The notes under the pieces are model-generated. The model saw only the letters and a list, made by a program, of their open reading frames with translations. It did no database searches and was not told the origin of the DNA. Positions 9,961 to 19,950 of a stretch of 64,000 bases of DNA are shown here, in pieces; position 1 is the stretch's first letter; each line of letters begins with the position of its first letter. The position numbers and the translations under genes are program-made. Source of the stretch: an uncultured Actinomycetes bacterium (GTDB taxonomy: Bacteria > Actinomycetota > Thermoleophilia > RBG-16-64-13); contig CAMTXC010000002.1 of NCBI GenBank assembly GCA_947085635.1, positions 25,356 through 89,355 of the forward strand, read 5' to 3'.

Positions 9961-10632
9961 ATGGCCGACGGCCGTCGCACACCCCGGTGGGATCCCTTCC
10001 GTTTCGATCGCCGCAGACTGGCCGCGACGAGCCCGGCCGGTCGAGTGGCCGCGGGTGTGGATGAGGCCGGGCGCGGCTGCCTCGCCGGGCCCCTGGTGGC
10101 GGCGGCGGTGAGTCTGGACTACCGGCGGCCGCTCGGCCGCGAGCTCCGTGGCCTCACCGACTCCAAGGTGCTCACCCACGCGGTACGCGAAGCGCTCTAC
10201 CTCCGGCTCCTCACCTCCGCCGCCGCCATCTCGGTGGTGGCGGTCTCCCCCCACACCATCGACAGGATCGGCCTGCACAAGGCGAACCTCTGGGCGCTCG
10301 AGGCGGCCCTCCGCCGACTCGGCGGCTCGTACGACCTGGCGTTCGTCGACGGCTTCCGCGTGCACGACGACGATCTGGGGGCGACTCAACTGGTGCGGGG
10401 GGACTCGAAGAGCGCGTGCGTGGCCGCCGCCTCGGTGGTGGCCAAGGTCACGCGCGACCGTCTGATGGTGTCGCTCGACCAGCGCTACCCGGAGTACGGG
10501 TTTGCCGCCCACGTGGGTTACGGCACCGCCGTGCACCGCGCCGCGCTCCAGAAATGGGGCCCGTGCGCACTGCACCGTCGCTGCTTCGCCGGAGTCGCCA
10601 CGCCACAGATGGAGCTCTTCTCCGGCGACTGA
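9961..10632 (+). CDS. rnhB: Ribonuclease HII
   Basis: GVDEAGRGCLAGP, DSKVL, VDG, AASVVAKVTRD, HVGYGT. Confidence 0.95.
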   Translation: MADGRRTPRWDPFRFDRRRLAATSPAGRVAAGVDEAGRGCLAGPLVAAAVSLDYRRPLGRELRGLTDSKVLTHAVREALYLRLLTSAAAISVVAVSPHTIDRIGLHKANLWALEAALRRLGGSYDLAFVDGFRVHDDDLGATQLVRGDSKSACVAAASVVAKVTRDRLMVSLDQRYPEYGFAAHVGYGTAVHRAALQKWGPCALHRRCFAGVATPQMELFSGD

Positions 10633-10778
10633 GGCGTCTCGGCAGGTCGAGCTCACCTCTCTAGGACCAAGGTCCGATATCGGCCCTCCCGCCCGCCGGA
10701 TAGCCTTCCGGGACCGGCCGCGGGTACCGTGCTCCGCTCCGCCGGCTCACGTCGCGAGCGTTCGTCGGAGGAGGTCGG

Positions 10779-11156
10779 ATGATGGTCTTGACCACGCGGT
10801 TGAAGGGCAGGCAGGCGGAACAGGCGGCCGCCGACTATCTCCGGTCGAGGGGGTGGAGAGTGGTGGCCGAGAACTACGTCACGCCCGTGGGTGAGATCGA
10901 CCTGATAGCGCAGGATGGGGGGACGTTGGTCATGGTCGAGGTGAAGGCCCGGTCTGGCTCCATGTTCGGTGATGCCCTTGAAGCCGTCGGCCCGCGCAAG
11001 GAGCGGCGTCTGAGAGCCGCGGCAGCCTGGTGGATGGCCGAAAAGGGGCAGGTCACGCGGCAGATCAGGTTCGACGTGATCACGATCAGTCTCGGCGACG
11101 AAGGGTCGCTTCTATCGCTCTCCCACCTCCCCGACGTCCTCGGCTCCGGCCGCTAG
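10779..11156 (+). CDS. yraN: YraN (UPF0102) family nuclease
   Basis: G..AE..AADYL..G, GEIDLIA..VEVKAR, RFDVI; SD GGAGGAGG. Confidence 0.92.
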   Translation: MMVLTTRLKGRQAEQAAADYLRSRGWRVVAENYVTPVGEIDLIAQDGGTLVMVEVKARSGSMFGDALEAVGPRKERRLRAAAAWWMAEKGQVTRQIRFDVITISLGDEGSLLSLSHLPDVLGSGR

Positions 11157-11170
11157 GGGTCCAGGTGGGG

Positions 11171-12766
11171 ATGGCGGCTGTGCGGGCGTACGCGCTGATC
11201 GGCACGGAGGCGGTAGCGGTGCAGGTGGAGGCGCACGTGCGGCCCGGTCTTCCGGGAGTGAGCATGGTCGGGTTGCCGGGCGTGGCCGTGCGGGAGGCTC
11301 GGGAGCGCGTTCGTTCAGGAGCGGCGAGCACCGGCATGCCCCTCCCGACGCAGAGGATCACGGTCAATCTCTCGCCCGCGGACGTGAGGAAGGAGGGTCC
11401 CGGTTTCGACCTGCCGGTCGCACTGGCCGTCCTCGCCGCGTCGGGGTACGTGAGCAAGGGGGCCCTGCAGAATGTGGGCGCGATGGGTGAGCTGGCCCTT
11501 GATGGGCTGGTGCGCCCGATTCGCGGGATGCTCTCCGTCGCGGAGGCTGCGCGGGACGACGGCATCATACTCCTCATCGTACCTCTCGTGGGCCTTGCGG
11601 AAGTATGCGCTGTAGATGGGGTCCATGCCGTGGGGGTGCGGGATCTCCGCGAGGCGGTCATGGTGCTGCGCGATGCCGAGAAGCGGGAACGGCTCCTGGA
11701 ACGGGGAAGGCGTTGGCTCCGCACCCGCAAGCTTGAAGCCATCGTGGATCGCGGGCCCGACCTGGCCGACATCGCCGGACAGCGACACGCGAAGCGCGCC
11801 CTCGAGGTGGCCGCGGCGGGAGGCCATCACCTCATGATGGTAGGTCCACCGGGTGCCGGCAAGACGATGCTGGCACGCCGTCTGCCCTCGGTGCTTCCGC
11901 TCTTGGATGCCACAGAGGCCTTGGAGGTCACGCGGGTGTGGAGCGTGGCGGGCCTCCACAGACCCGAAGACGGACTCGCCACACAGCGACCGTTCAGGGC
12001 GCCGCACCACTCGGCTTCTCGCTCGGCCGTGATCGGCGGGGGTTCCCCGCCTCGCCCGGGCGAGGCCAGCCTTGCCCATCGAGGTGTCCTGTTCATGGAT
12101 GAGTTCCCCGAGTTCTCGAGAGACGTGATCGAATCGCTCCGGCAGCCTTTGGAAGAGGGGCTTGTGGTGATCAGTAGGAAGGGGGGGAGTCTGACCCTCC
12201 CCGCGGCCTTCACGCTCGTGGGTGCGATGAATCCGTGCCCGTGTGGCAATCTCATGCAACCGGAGCGTGTGTGTCGCTGTACCGCCGACATGCTCGACAG
12301 ATACCGGGGCCGTTTGAGCGGAGCCGTGGGCGACCGGATCGACCTGTTCATCGATGTCCCTCCTCTTGAGCTGTCGGCTTTCGGCCCCGTGGACGGGCGT
12401 GATGATGACTCGGCTGTCGTGCGCGCCCGCGTCGAGTCGGCGCGCTCCTTCCGGCTGGAGCGCGAGTCGCTCCTCAGTGCACTTCCCCGTTCGTCCGAGG
12501 AAGGTGGCGGAACCGGACGTTCGCATCCAGAGCGACTGGAATCCCGGATGGGCGTGAGCGACGGAGCCCGCTCCCTTCTGCGCGAAGCTCTCAGTAGGCA
12601 CGTGGTCGGAGGGCGAGGCTACGTCCGTGCCCTCACCGTGGCGCGTACCCTGGCCGATCTTGATGGCGTGAGCGCGATCTCGGCGGACCACGTCGCGGAA
12701 GCTCTTTCACTGCGCGATCCCGGATACGAGTGCCGTAGCGCCGTCGCTGCGGGGGTCCGGTGTTGA
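11171..12766 (+). CDS. comM: YifB/ComM Mg-chelatase-like AAA+ ATPase
   Basis: VGLPG.AVREARERVR, NLSPADVRKEG..FDLP, GPPGAGKTM, RPFRAPHH, FMDEFPEF, MNPCPCG. Confidence 0.93.
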   Translation: MAAVRAYALIGTEAVAVQVEAHVRPGLPGVSMVGLPGVAVREARERVRSGAASTGMPLPTQRITVNLSPADVRKEGPGFDLPVALAVLAASGYVSKGALQNVGAMGELALDGLVRPIRGMLSVAEAARDDGIILLIVPLVGLAEVCAVDGVHAVGVRDLREAVMVLRDAEKRERLLERGRRWLRTRKLEAIVDRGPDLADIAGQRHAKRALEVAAAGGHHLMMVGPPGAGKTMLARRLPSVLPLLDATEALEVTRVWSVAGLHRPEDGLATQRPFRAPHHSASRSAVIGGGSPPRPGEASLAHRGVLFMDEFPEFSRDVIESLRQPLEEGLVVISRKGGSLTLPAAFTLVGAMNPCPCGNLMQPERVCRCTADMLDRYRGRLSGAVGDRIDLFIDVPPLELSAFGPVDGRDDDSAVVRARVESARSFRLERESLLSALPRSSEEGGGTGRSHPERLESRMGVSDGARSLLREALSRHVVGGRGYVRALTVARTLADLDGVSAISADHVAEALSLRDPGYECRSAVAAGVRC

Positions 12767-13959
12767 ACGGGCTAAACGTCCCCGCCGGTCGCAGGTACGA
12801 GGTGAGGCACGATCGCGAGCGCCCCGCGTCGGGCCCGTCCTACGAGGCGGCTCTGGGGCTTGCGCTCGTGGCGGCCGAGGGCACCCGAGGGGTGCTGAGC
12901 CTCTTGAGACGACACTCGCCCGAAGAGGTGTGGCGCGCCGGGAGGCGAGATCTACTCGAATGGACGGAGGGGCGCTCGTGGGTAGATCGCTTCCTCGACC
13001 TGAGGAGTCGCACATTCCCTCGAGAAGCGGCCTCCGTCGTCGCGGCAGCGGGCTTGGTGTTCGTCCCCTGGGGGCACACTGCGTACGAGGCAGACCTCAT
13101 GGCCCTCGACCTGCCGCCCGCCGGCCTGTTCGTCAAGGCCTCGCCCGAGGCGTTCGAGCAGTTCGCGGCGGGGGCGCGGGTCGCCGTGGTGGGAACGAGA
13201 AAAGCCTCTCACTATGGCTTGAGTGTGGCGCGCGCGATCGGAAGGGCCTTCGCGGAGCGCGGGGTCTGGGTCGTGAGCGGCCTTGCTCTGGGCATCGATG
13301 GGCGGGCCCACCGCGGCTGCATCGAGGCGGGAGGGAGGAGCGCGGCCGTCCTTGGCTGCGGCGCAGATGTCGTCTACCCGCGTCGTCATCGTGAGCTCTA
13401 CGACCGGTTGGGCTCCGAAGGGGTCATCTTGAGCGAACTGCCCCCGGGAGTACGACCGGCCCCCTGGTTCTTCCCTGAACGCAACCGTCTCCTGGCCGCA
13501 CTCTCGCACGCGGTGGTGGTTGTCGAGGCCCCTCGGCGCAGCGGGGCGCTGATCACGGCCAACCGGGCACTCGATCTCGGCCGGGAGGTGTTCGCGGTGC
13601 CCGGTCGGATTCTGGAGAGCGTGAGCGAGGGCTGCAACCGTCTCTTGTACGACGGAGCCGGCTTGTGCCTCGATCCGGTCTCATTGGTGGAGGATTTCCA
13701 CCGGTTTGCCCGAAAGGAAGCGAGCCCGTTTTTGTCCGGCGTCCGCGATCCGGCACCGGCGGACTCGGCCGAGAATGGGCTCGAGCAGGCGGGCAGGCTG
13801 GCGGTCATGGCGCTCTCGGCGGGCCCGCGTTCGGTGGACGCCGTGGCGGACGTCGCCGGCATCAGTTCGCGAGAGGCGTCGGCGGCGTTGGGGCTGCTGG
13901 AGTTGCGGGGCCAGGTCGTGCGGGTCTCGCCGGGTACGTACGGGCTCTCGGGGCGATGA
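12760..13959 (+). CDS. dprA: DNA-processing protein DprA
   Basis: VAVVGTR, VSGLALGIDG.AH, FPERNR, VVEAPRRSGALIT, FAVPG; C-terminal winged helix; start uncertain. Confidence 0.93.
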   Translation: MLNGLNVPAGRRYEVRHDRERPASGPSYEAALGLALVAAEGTRGVLSLLRRHSPEEVWRAGRRDLLEWTEGRSWVDRFLDLRSRTFPREAASVVAAAGLVFVPWGHTAYEADLMALDLPPAGLFVKASPEAFEQFAAGARVAVVGTRKASHYGLSVARAIGRAFAERGVWVVSGLALGIDGRAHRGCIEAGGRSAAVLGCGADVVYPRRHRELYDRLGSEGVILSELPPGVRPAPWFFPERNRLLAALSHAVVVVEAPRRSGALITANRALDLGREVFAVPGRILESVSEGCNRLLYDGAGLCLDPVSLVEDFHRFARKEASPFLSGVRDPAPADSAENGLEQAGRLAVMALSAGPRSVDAVADVAGISSREASAALGLLELRGQVVRVSPGTYGLSGR

Positions 13960-13988
13960 TGCGATGAGTCCGAGAGCAACCACTCGAC

Positions 13989-14993
13989 ATGGGCGGGGGG
14001 CAGATGGCGGTATTCGGCGGGATCGACGGATCGCGAGAGGGGCTGCAGTTTGCTCCCCTCGTGTCCTCCTTCCTCCGTAGCCTGAGGGCGGCCGACTACA
14101 GCCCGCGAAGCGTCGCCGCGGCCGGCTCCGATCTCGCTCAGTTCACGCGATTCTGCGAGGAGCGTGAGATCGGCGGGCTCGACGAGCTCGCCCTCTCACA
14201 TGTGCGTGCGTTCGTGGCCGGGCTCTCGGAGGGCACGGTCGGCCCAGCCTGTCGTCCCTACGCCCGCGCGTCGATCGCCCGGAAGCTCTCCACCCTCCGG
14301 AGGTTCCTCGCCTTCTGCGTCGCGGAAGGCATCGTCGGGGTAAGTGCGGCGCAGGGTGTGCGTGCGCCGAAGGCCGGGAGGCGCCTCCCGCAGGTCTTGA
14401 GCCCGCAACAGGTCTTCGAGCTGCTCGAGGGCATCCTGGGCGACGACCCGCTCACTCTGAGGGACCGCGCGCTGTTCGAGTTGATATACTCGTGCGGCTT
14501 GAGGGCCCAGGAAGTCTTAGATCTGCGGGTCCAGGACATCGATCCCGACAGACGTGAGGCGCGGGTGACGGGCAAGGGGCGCAAACAGCGCATCATACCC
14601 ATCGGAGACGACGCCTTGAGGGCCATCCAGTCGTACCTCGAGCGCGGCAGGCCCGAGTCGGTCGCTGTTGCCGCTGGGTCTTCCGCGGCGGGTGGCTCTT
14701 CGGCCGATCCGGTTGAGCAGGCCCTGTTCTTGAGCGTGCGCGGCCGCCCGCTTCGACCCTCCGACGTGCGACGCCGTCTCGAGAAATACCTGTTGGCATC
14801 GGATGCTCCGGCCGGTACGTCGCCACACACTTTGCGGCACTCCTTCGCCACACATCTGCTCGAAGGAGGAGCCGACCTCCGTGCGATCCAGGAGCTCTTG
14901 GGCCACGCCTCGCTGGCGACCACCCAGGTGTACACGCACGTGTCGCCCGCCCATCTCCGCAGGGCCTACCGCCTAGCCCATCCGAGGGCGTGA
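13989..14993 (+). CDS. xerC: Tyrosine recombinase XerC-type
   Basis: LIYSCGLR, GKGRKQR, SPHTLRHSFATHLL, LLGHASLATTQVY; full catalytic set present; start may be 14004. Confidence 0.88.
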   Translation: MGGGQMAVFGGIDGSREGLQFAPLVSSFLRSLRAADYSPRSVAAAGSDLAQFTRFCEEREIGGLDELALSHVRAFVAGLSEGTVGPACRPYARASIARKLSTLRRFLAFCVAEGIVGVSAAQGVRAPKAGRRLPQVLSPQQVFELLEGILGDDPLTLRDRALFELIYSCGLRAQEVLDLRVQDIDPDRREARVTGKGRKQRIIPIGDDALRAIQSYLERGRPESVAVAAGSSAAGGSSADPVEQALFLSVRGRPLRPSDVRRRLEKYLLASDAPAGTSPHTLRHSFATHLLEGGADLRAIQELLGHASLATTQVYTHVSPAHLRRAYRLAHPRA

Positions 14994-15003
14994 GGGGCCG
15001 GTA

Positions 15004-15807
15004 GTGGCGTCTCGTAAGACCGACTCCGGCGCCGACGCGCAGGCTCTGTGGCAGCGCTACAAGGATCTCGGCGACCCCAGGGCGCGCGACGATCTCATCC
15101 TCGCCTATTCGCCGCTCGTGAAGTACGTCGCCGGCCGGATGGGCACCGGCTTACCGGCGCATGTCGAGGAAGCCGATCTCATCTCCTACGGCCTCTTGGG
15201 TCTGATCAGTGCGCTCGAGCGTTTCGAACCTTCGCGGAACATCAAGTTCGAGACCTACGCGATCTCCCGCATCAAGGGATCGATCATAGACGAGCTGCGG
15301 GCGCTCGATTGGGTGCCCCGCTCGGTACGTAGTTGGGCGCGACAGGTGGAGCGCGTCGTCACCAAGCTGGAGAACGAGTTGCGCCGCGCCCCCACCGACG
15401 AAGAGACGTCCGCCGAGCTCGGCGTCACGATGAACGAGTTCCACAGCATCCTGAACCAGATCAGCAGCGCCTCGATCGTTGCCCTCGACGAGTTCTGGAC
15501 CTTGGCCGGGAGCGGCGGCGACAAGGTCGCCTTGATCGACACGATCGAAGACACCTCGTCGCCCGATCCCTCCCGCGCGTACGACATCAGTGCGGTGAAG
15601 GAGATCCTGGCCGACGCGATCCGCAGGTTGCCCGAGCGTGAGAAGATCGTCATCGGTCTCTACTACTACGAGGGCCTCACCCTCAAAGAGATCGGCGAGG
15701 TACTGGGAGTCACCGAGTCGCGCATCTCGCAGCTGCACACCAAGGCCATCCTCCGCATGAAGGGGCGCGTCAAGGAGGAGTTGGAGCCCGGAGTCCTTTC
15801 GAACTAG
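15004..15807 (+). CDS. whiG: FliA/WhiG-family sigma28 factor
   Basis: LVKYVAGR..LP.HVEEADLISYG, KFETYA..RI.G.IIDELRALDWVPRSVR, LYYYEGLTLKEIGEVLGVTESRISQLH; position after dprA/xerC as in actinomycetes. Confidence 0.88.
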   Translation: MASRKTDSGADAQALWQRYKDLGDPRARDDLILAYSPLVKYVAGRMGTGLPAHVEEADLISYGLLGLISALERFEPSRNIKFETYAISRIKGSIIDELRALDWVPRSVRSWARQVERVVTKLENELRRAPTDEETSAELGVTMNEFHSILNQISSASIVALDEFWTLAGSGGDKVALIDTIEDTSSPDPSRAYDISAVKEILADAIRRLPEREKIVIGLYYYEGLTLKEIGEVLGVTESRISQLHTKAILRMKGRVKEELEPGVLSN

Positions 15808-15941
15808 CGGCGCTCTGGGTCGGCGTGCCCCGACTCGTCGTAGTGCCCAACTCGCCGCAGTGCACCCCGGCGCGTCGTGGTCCGCGTCGCGCGCACTCCC
15901 GAGGGTGGACGACCGGTGTGCTACACTACCGCGGTTATACC

Positions 15942-16010
15942 TACACTACCCCGAGGAGTGTCGTCGCGGTGGTGCCGGCTGAGCCGGTTCCGCGGGGAGC
16001 CTCGGGTGTA
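15942..16010 (+). promoter_or_regulatory. rpsB (S2) autoregulatory leader-like structure
   Basis: Nested stems CCCGAGG(15950-56)/CCTCGGG(16000-06), CGCGG(15965-69)/CCGCG(15990-94), and GGTG followed by hairpin GCCGGC-TGA-GCCGGT; immediately 5' of rpsB. Confidence 0.55.
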
Positions 16011-16039
16011 CCGTAACAAAACCAGAAAGGATCCACACC

Positions 16040-16996
16040 ATGCCGGCTGCTACCATGAAGCAGTTGCTGGAGTCCGGAGTGCACTTCGGACACCAGACCC
16101 GCCGCTGGAACCCGAAGATGAAACCATACATTTTCGCCGACCGTGGTGGAATCCACATCATCGACCTCCAGAAGACCACCAAGCTCCTCGACCGCGCCTA
16201 CGAAGTCACGCGCAACATCTCGGAGCGCGGGGGTTCGGTGCTGTTCGTGGGCACCAAGAAGCAGTGCCAGGATTCCATCCGTCTCGAGGCCGGTCGAGTC
16301 GGCATGCCCTTCGTGTCGCACCGGTGGCTCGGCGGCCTGCTCACCAACTTCAGCACGATCCATGCGCGCATCAATCGTCTGCACGAGCTGCGCCGGCGCA
16401 AGGCCGACGGGTCGCTCGCCCTGCTTCCCACCAAGGAGCGTATGAACCTCGAGCGGGAGCTCGGTAAGCTCGAGATCAGCCTCGGCGGCGTGGCCGACAT
16501 GCAGCGTTTGCCCGACGCCGTGTTCATCATCGACCCGAAGCGCGAGGCCATCGCCACGCGCGAGGTCAACAAGCTCGGCATCCCGCTCATCGGGCTGGTC
16601 GACACGAACTGCGACCCCGATGAGGCCGACTACCTCATCCCCGGGAACGACGACGCGATCCGATCGTGCAGCCTGATCATCAAGACCATCGCGCGGGCCG
16701 TCGAAGAGGGCCGCCAGAAGGTCAACCCCCGTGAGTTTGCCGCGCCCGAGCAGACCGCGGAGCCCGCCGCCGCCGACGGAGCAGCCGACGAAGCCGCACC
16801 TGCGGCCGAGGCCGCCCAGGCAGAAGCACCGGCACCGGCCGACGAGGCCCCGGCACCTGTGGCCGACGCACCGGCTCCCGAAGCTCCGGCGACCGAACCC
16901 GAAGCCCCGGCGACCGAAGCCGAGGCCCCGGCACCTGTGGCCGACGCACCGGCGACCGAAGCCGAGGCCCCGGTGACTCCGGAGGCGGAGGCCTGA
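16040..16996 (+). CDS. rpsB: 30S ribosomal protein S2 with Ala/Pro/Glu-rich tail
   Basis: [44 protein letters not shown]. Confidence 0.98.
   Translation: MPAATMKQLLESGVHFGHQTRRWNPKMKPYIFADRGGIHIIDLQKTTKLLDRAYEVTRNISERGGSVLFVGTKKQCQDSIRLEAGRVGMPFVSHRWLGGLLTNFSTIHARINRLHELRRRKADGSLALLPTKERMNLERELGKLEISLGGVADMQRLPDAVFIIDPKREAIATREVNKLGIPLIGLVDTNCDPDEADYLIPGNDDAIRSCSLIIKTIARAVEEGRQKVNPREFAAPEQTAEPAAADGAADEAAPAAEAAQAEAPAPADEAPAPVADAPAPEAPATEPEAPATEAEAPAPVADAPATEAEAPVTPEAEA
16843..16953 (+). repeat. 33-bp direct repeat in the rpsB C-terminal tail
   Basis: CGAGGCCCCGGCACCTGTGGCCGACGCACCGGC at 16843-16875 and 16921-16953 ([11 protein letters not shown]). Confidence 0.85.
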
Positions 16997-17100
16997 GCAC
17001 TGCGCTTGCGGGGTTCTTCGGGATCTCAGGCCTCGCATCGACGAATGAACCGTAGTATCACTATGTTCGACAGGGTGGACCTGTCGGTGGAGGATCAGCA

Positions 17101-17703
17101 ATGAGCGTGACCGCACAGATGGTGAAGGAGCTCCGCGAGAAGTGCGGGGCCGGCATGATGGACTGTAAGCGTGCCCTCGCCGAGACCGACGGCGACATGG
17201 ACGAAGCCGTCAAGCTCCTGCGGACCAAGGGCATGGCGTCGGCCGACAAGAAGGCCGCCCGCGCCGCCAACGAGGGCATGATCGACTCGTACATCCATGG
17301 CAACGGCAAGATCGGCGTGCTCGTGGAGATCAACTGCGAGACCGACTTCGTCGCCCGCAACGAGGCGTTCCGCGCCTTTGCGCACGACGTGGCCATGCAC
17401 ATAGCGGCGAGCGCGCCCGGCTACGTGCGCCGCGAGGACATCCCGGAAGATGTGGTCGCCGGCGAGCTCGAGATCTACAAGGCTCAGGCGCGCGAGACTG
17501 GGAAGCCTGAGAACGTCCTCGAGAAGATCGCGGAGGGCAAGCTCAACAAGTTCTACAGCCAGGTGGTGCTTCTCGAGCAGCCGTTCGTCAAGGATCCCGA
17601 CAAGACCATCGACGGGCTGCGGCGCGAACTGGTGGCGAAGGTGGGAGAGAACATCGAGGTGCGACGCTTCGCCCGCTATCTCCTAGGGCAAGACACGGTG
17701 TGA
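17101..17703 (+). CDS. tsf: Elongation factor Ts (short form)
   Basis: [46 protein letters not shown]. Confidence 0.97.
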   Translation: MSVTAQMVKELREKCGAGMMDCKRALAETDGDMDEAVKLLRTKGMASADKKAARAANEGMIDSYIHGNGKIGVLVEINCETDFVARNEAFRAFAHDVAMHIAASAPGYVRREDIPEDVVAGELEIYKAQARETGKPENVLEKIAEGKLNKFYSQVVLLEQPFVKDPDKTIDGLRRELVAKVGENIEVRRFARYLLGQDTV

Positions 17704-17709
17704 GCCACG

Positions 17710-17738
17710 AGGGCGGCGCTCAGGTGCCGCCCTTTCTG
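17710..17738 (+). terminator. Intrinsic terminator after tsf
   Basis: GGGCGGCGC-TCAG-GTGCCGCCC hairpin followed by TTTCT. Confidence 0.6.
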
Positions 17739-17779
17739 TAGGTGCAGATTGGAGCGGAGAGCAGGCAAGGGGGTCGAGA

Positions 17780-18565
17780 GTGTCCGAGCACGCGGGAGGA
17801 TCCGGCGGCGGCGCCGTGTACAAGCGGGTGCTGCTCAAGCTGAGCGGCGAAGCCCTTGTGGGCGACGCGGTGTACGGCATCGACCCGGAACGCATGATCG
17901 GCGTGGCCGAAGAGATACGCGGTTGTGTCGAGCTGGGTGTGGAGACGGCGGTGGTCGTGGGCGCCGGCAACATCTTCCGAGGAGTGGCCGGCAGTGCGAA
18001 GGGCATGGATCGCGCCGCGGCCGACTACATGGGGATGATCGCCACGGTCATCAACGCCATGGCTTTGCAGGACGCGATGGAGAAGCTCGGCGTCGACACC
18101 CGGGTACTCTCGGCCATCGAGATGCGCGAGATCGCCGAACCGTACATCCGCCGCCGCGCAATCCGTCACCTCGAGAAGGGGCGCGTGGTGATTTTCGCCG
18201 CCGGCACGGGCAATCCGTACTTCACCACCGACACCGCCGCGGCACTGCGTGCGCTCGAGATCGGCGCCGAGGCGATCCTCATGGGGAAGAAGAAGTACGA
18301 CGGAGTGTACGACTCCGATCCCGAGATCAACTCGGAGGCCGTCCTCATCCCGCACCTCACCCATCGCGAGGCGCTCGAAAAGGGCCTGAAAGTCATGGAT
18401 TCCACTGCGCTCTCCCTCTGCATGGACAACCGCCTGCCCATCATGGTCTTCAACATGGCGGTGCCGTCGAACATCGACCGAGTGCTCCGGGGTGAGCGCG
18501 TGGGGACGGTGGTATCATGTGAGCCCGATGGTGGGGCGAGCGTCGGCGGCGGAGAGCGGCCCTGA
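17780..18565 (+). CDS. pyrH: UMP kinase
   Basis: [44 protein letters not shown]. Confidence 0.97.
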   Translation: MSEHAGGSGGGAVYKRVLLKLSGEALVGDAVYGIDPERMIGVAEEIRGCVELGVETAVVVGAGNIFRGVAGSAKGMDRAAADYMGMIATVINAMALQDAMEKLGVDTRVLSAIEMREIAEPYIRRRAIRHLEKGRVVIFAAGTGNPYFTTDTAAALRALEIGAEAILMGKKKYDGVYDSDPEINSEAVLIPHLTHREALEKGLKVMDSTALSLCMDNRLPIMVFNMAVPSNIDRVLRGERVGTVVSCEPDGGASVGGGERP

Positions 18566-18604
18566 CCGGCCGATCCCACGGCTGCATCAGGAGGGAGTGA
18601 GAGA

Positions 18605-19162
18605 ATGGTAGAAGAGCTTCTTGAGGATGGTAGACGTCGCATGGACGGCGCGATCGAGGCACTCCGGTCCGAGTTCGGGGGTGTCCGCACCGGCCGGGCT
18701 TCCACCGCGCTGCTCGACCGCATCTACGTCGACTACTACGGCGTGCGGACGCCTCTCAAGCAGCTCGCCAACCTTTCTACGCCCGATCCTCGCTTGATCG
18801 CTGTCACGGTCTTCGACAAGAGCGCCGTGAACAGCGTCGTGCGGGCGATACAGGAATCCGATCTGGGCCTGACCCCGAACGTCGACGGCGTCATCGTGCG
18901 CCTCAACGTGCCGAAGCTCACCGAGGAGCGTCGGAAAGACCTCGTGCGTCTCGTGCGTAGCATGGCCGAGGAGGGCAGGGTCGCCGTGCGCAACGTGCGG
19001 CGCGATGTGATCCAGGATCTCAAGGAGCTGAAGAAGGAAGGTAAGCTCCCCGAGGACGCTGAGCGCAGGGCCGAGGACGATGTCCAGAAGCTCACGCACT
19101 CTCACGTGGAGCGCATCAACGAGCTTTTGTCACACAAAGAGGAGGAGATCCTCGAGGTCTGA
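18605..19162 (+). CDS. frr: Ribosome recycling factor
   Basis: RTGRAS..LLD, YYG..TPL.QLA, LTEERRKDL, VRNVRRD. Confidence 0.97.
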   Translation: MVEELLEDGRRRMDGAIEALRSEFGGVRTGRASTALLDRIYVDYYGVRTPLKQLANLSTPDPRLIAVTVFDKSAVNSVVRAIQESDLGLTPNVDGVIVRLNVPKLTEERRKDLVRLVRSMAEEGRVAVRNVRRDVIQDLKELKKEGKLPEDAERRAEDDVQKLTHSHVERINELLSHKEEEILEV

Positions 19163-19950
19163 TGGGAATCGTCGGCAGGCTCAGGGGCCTTCGAGGTGGG
19201 GATAGCCGGGAAGGCGCTTCTCCAAGCACGGCGTCCCCGCAGTCCGAACGCCTGCCGTTCCATGTGGGCATCATCATGGACGGGAACGGCCGTTGGGCGA
19301 AACGGCGCCGGCTCCCCGTCCTCATGGGGCACAGACAGGGCACCAAGGCTCTGATACGCGCCGTCGAAGCGGCGATGCGCCTGGAGGTACGACAGCTCAC
19401 CGTGTATTCGTTCTCTACCGAGAACTGGGCGCGCCCCGAGGAAGAGGTGCGCGGACTCCTCGGGCTCATCGACGAGATGATCGACCAGGAGCTTCCCAGG
19501 CTCCACGAGAACGGGGTACGCGTGGAATTCGTCGCCCGACGCGACGGTCTTGACCCCTCGATCCTGGAGAAGTTCGCGCGCGCCGAGGAGCTTACCGCGG
19601 CGAACGAGAAGTTGGATCTGTTCGTAGCGTTCAACTACGGCGGCAGGGCGGAGATCGTCGATGCGATACGCGCGGCGGCCGCCGCCGGCGTGGATCTTGC
19701 CGCCGTCGACGAGGCCACGCTGGCCTCCCACATGTACTGCCCGCGCATGCGCGACCCCGATCTGGTGATTCGCACCTCGGGTGAGAACCGGTTGAGCAAC
19801 TTCCTGCTCTGGCAGTCGGCCTACTCGGAGTTTTATTTCAGCGACGTGCTGTGGCCCGATTTCGACGAGGCCGAGTTCCGGCGGGCGCTGCTCGACTACG
19901 CCACCAGGAGTCGTCGTTTCGGCGCACGTGAGGCGGAGGATCTTGCTTAG
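19162..19950 (+). CDS. uppS: Polyprenyl (undecaprenyl) diphosphate synthase
   Basis: HVGIIMDGNGRWA, FSTENW.R, NYGGRAEI, IRTSGE.RLSNFLLWQ. Confidence 0.96.
   Translation: MGIVGRLRGLRGGDSREGASPSTASPQSERLPFHVGIIMDGNGRWAKRRRLPVLMGHRQGTKALIRAVEAAMRLEVRQLTVYSFSTENWARPEEEVRGLLGLIDEMIDQELPRLHENGVRVEFVARRDGLDPSILEKFARAEELTAANEKLDLFVAFNYGGRAEIVDAIRAAAAAGVDLAAVDEATLASHMYCPRMRDPDLVIRTSGENRLSNFLLWQSAYSEFYFSDVLWPDFDEAEFRRALLDYATRSRRFGAREAEDLA

Noticed and set aside
13989-14993. Tyrosine recombinase as the integrase of a mobile element
   Set aside because: Housekeeping XerC position after dprA; no att repeats, tRNA target or cargo genes.
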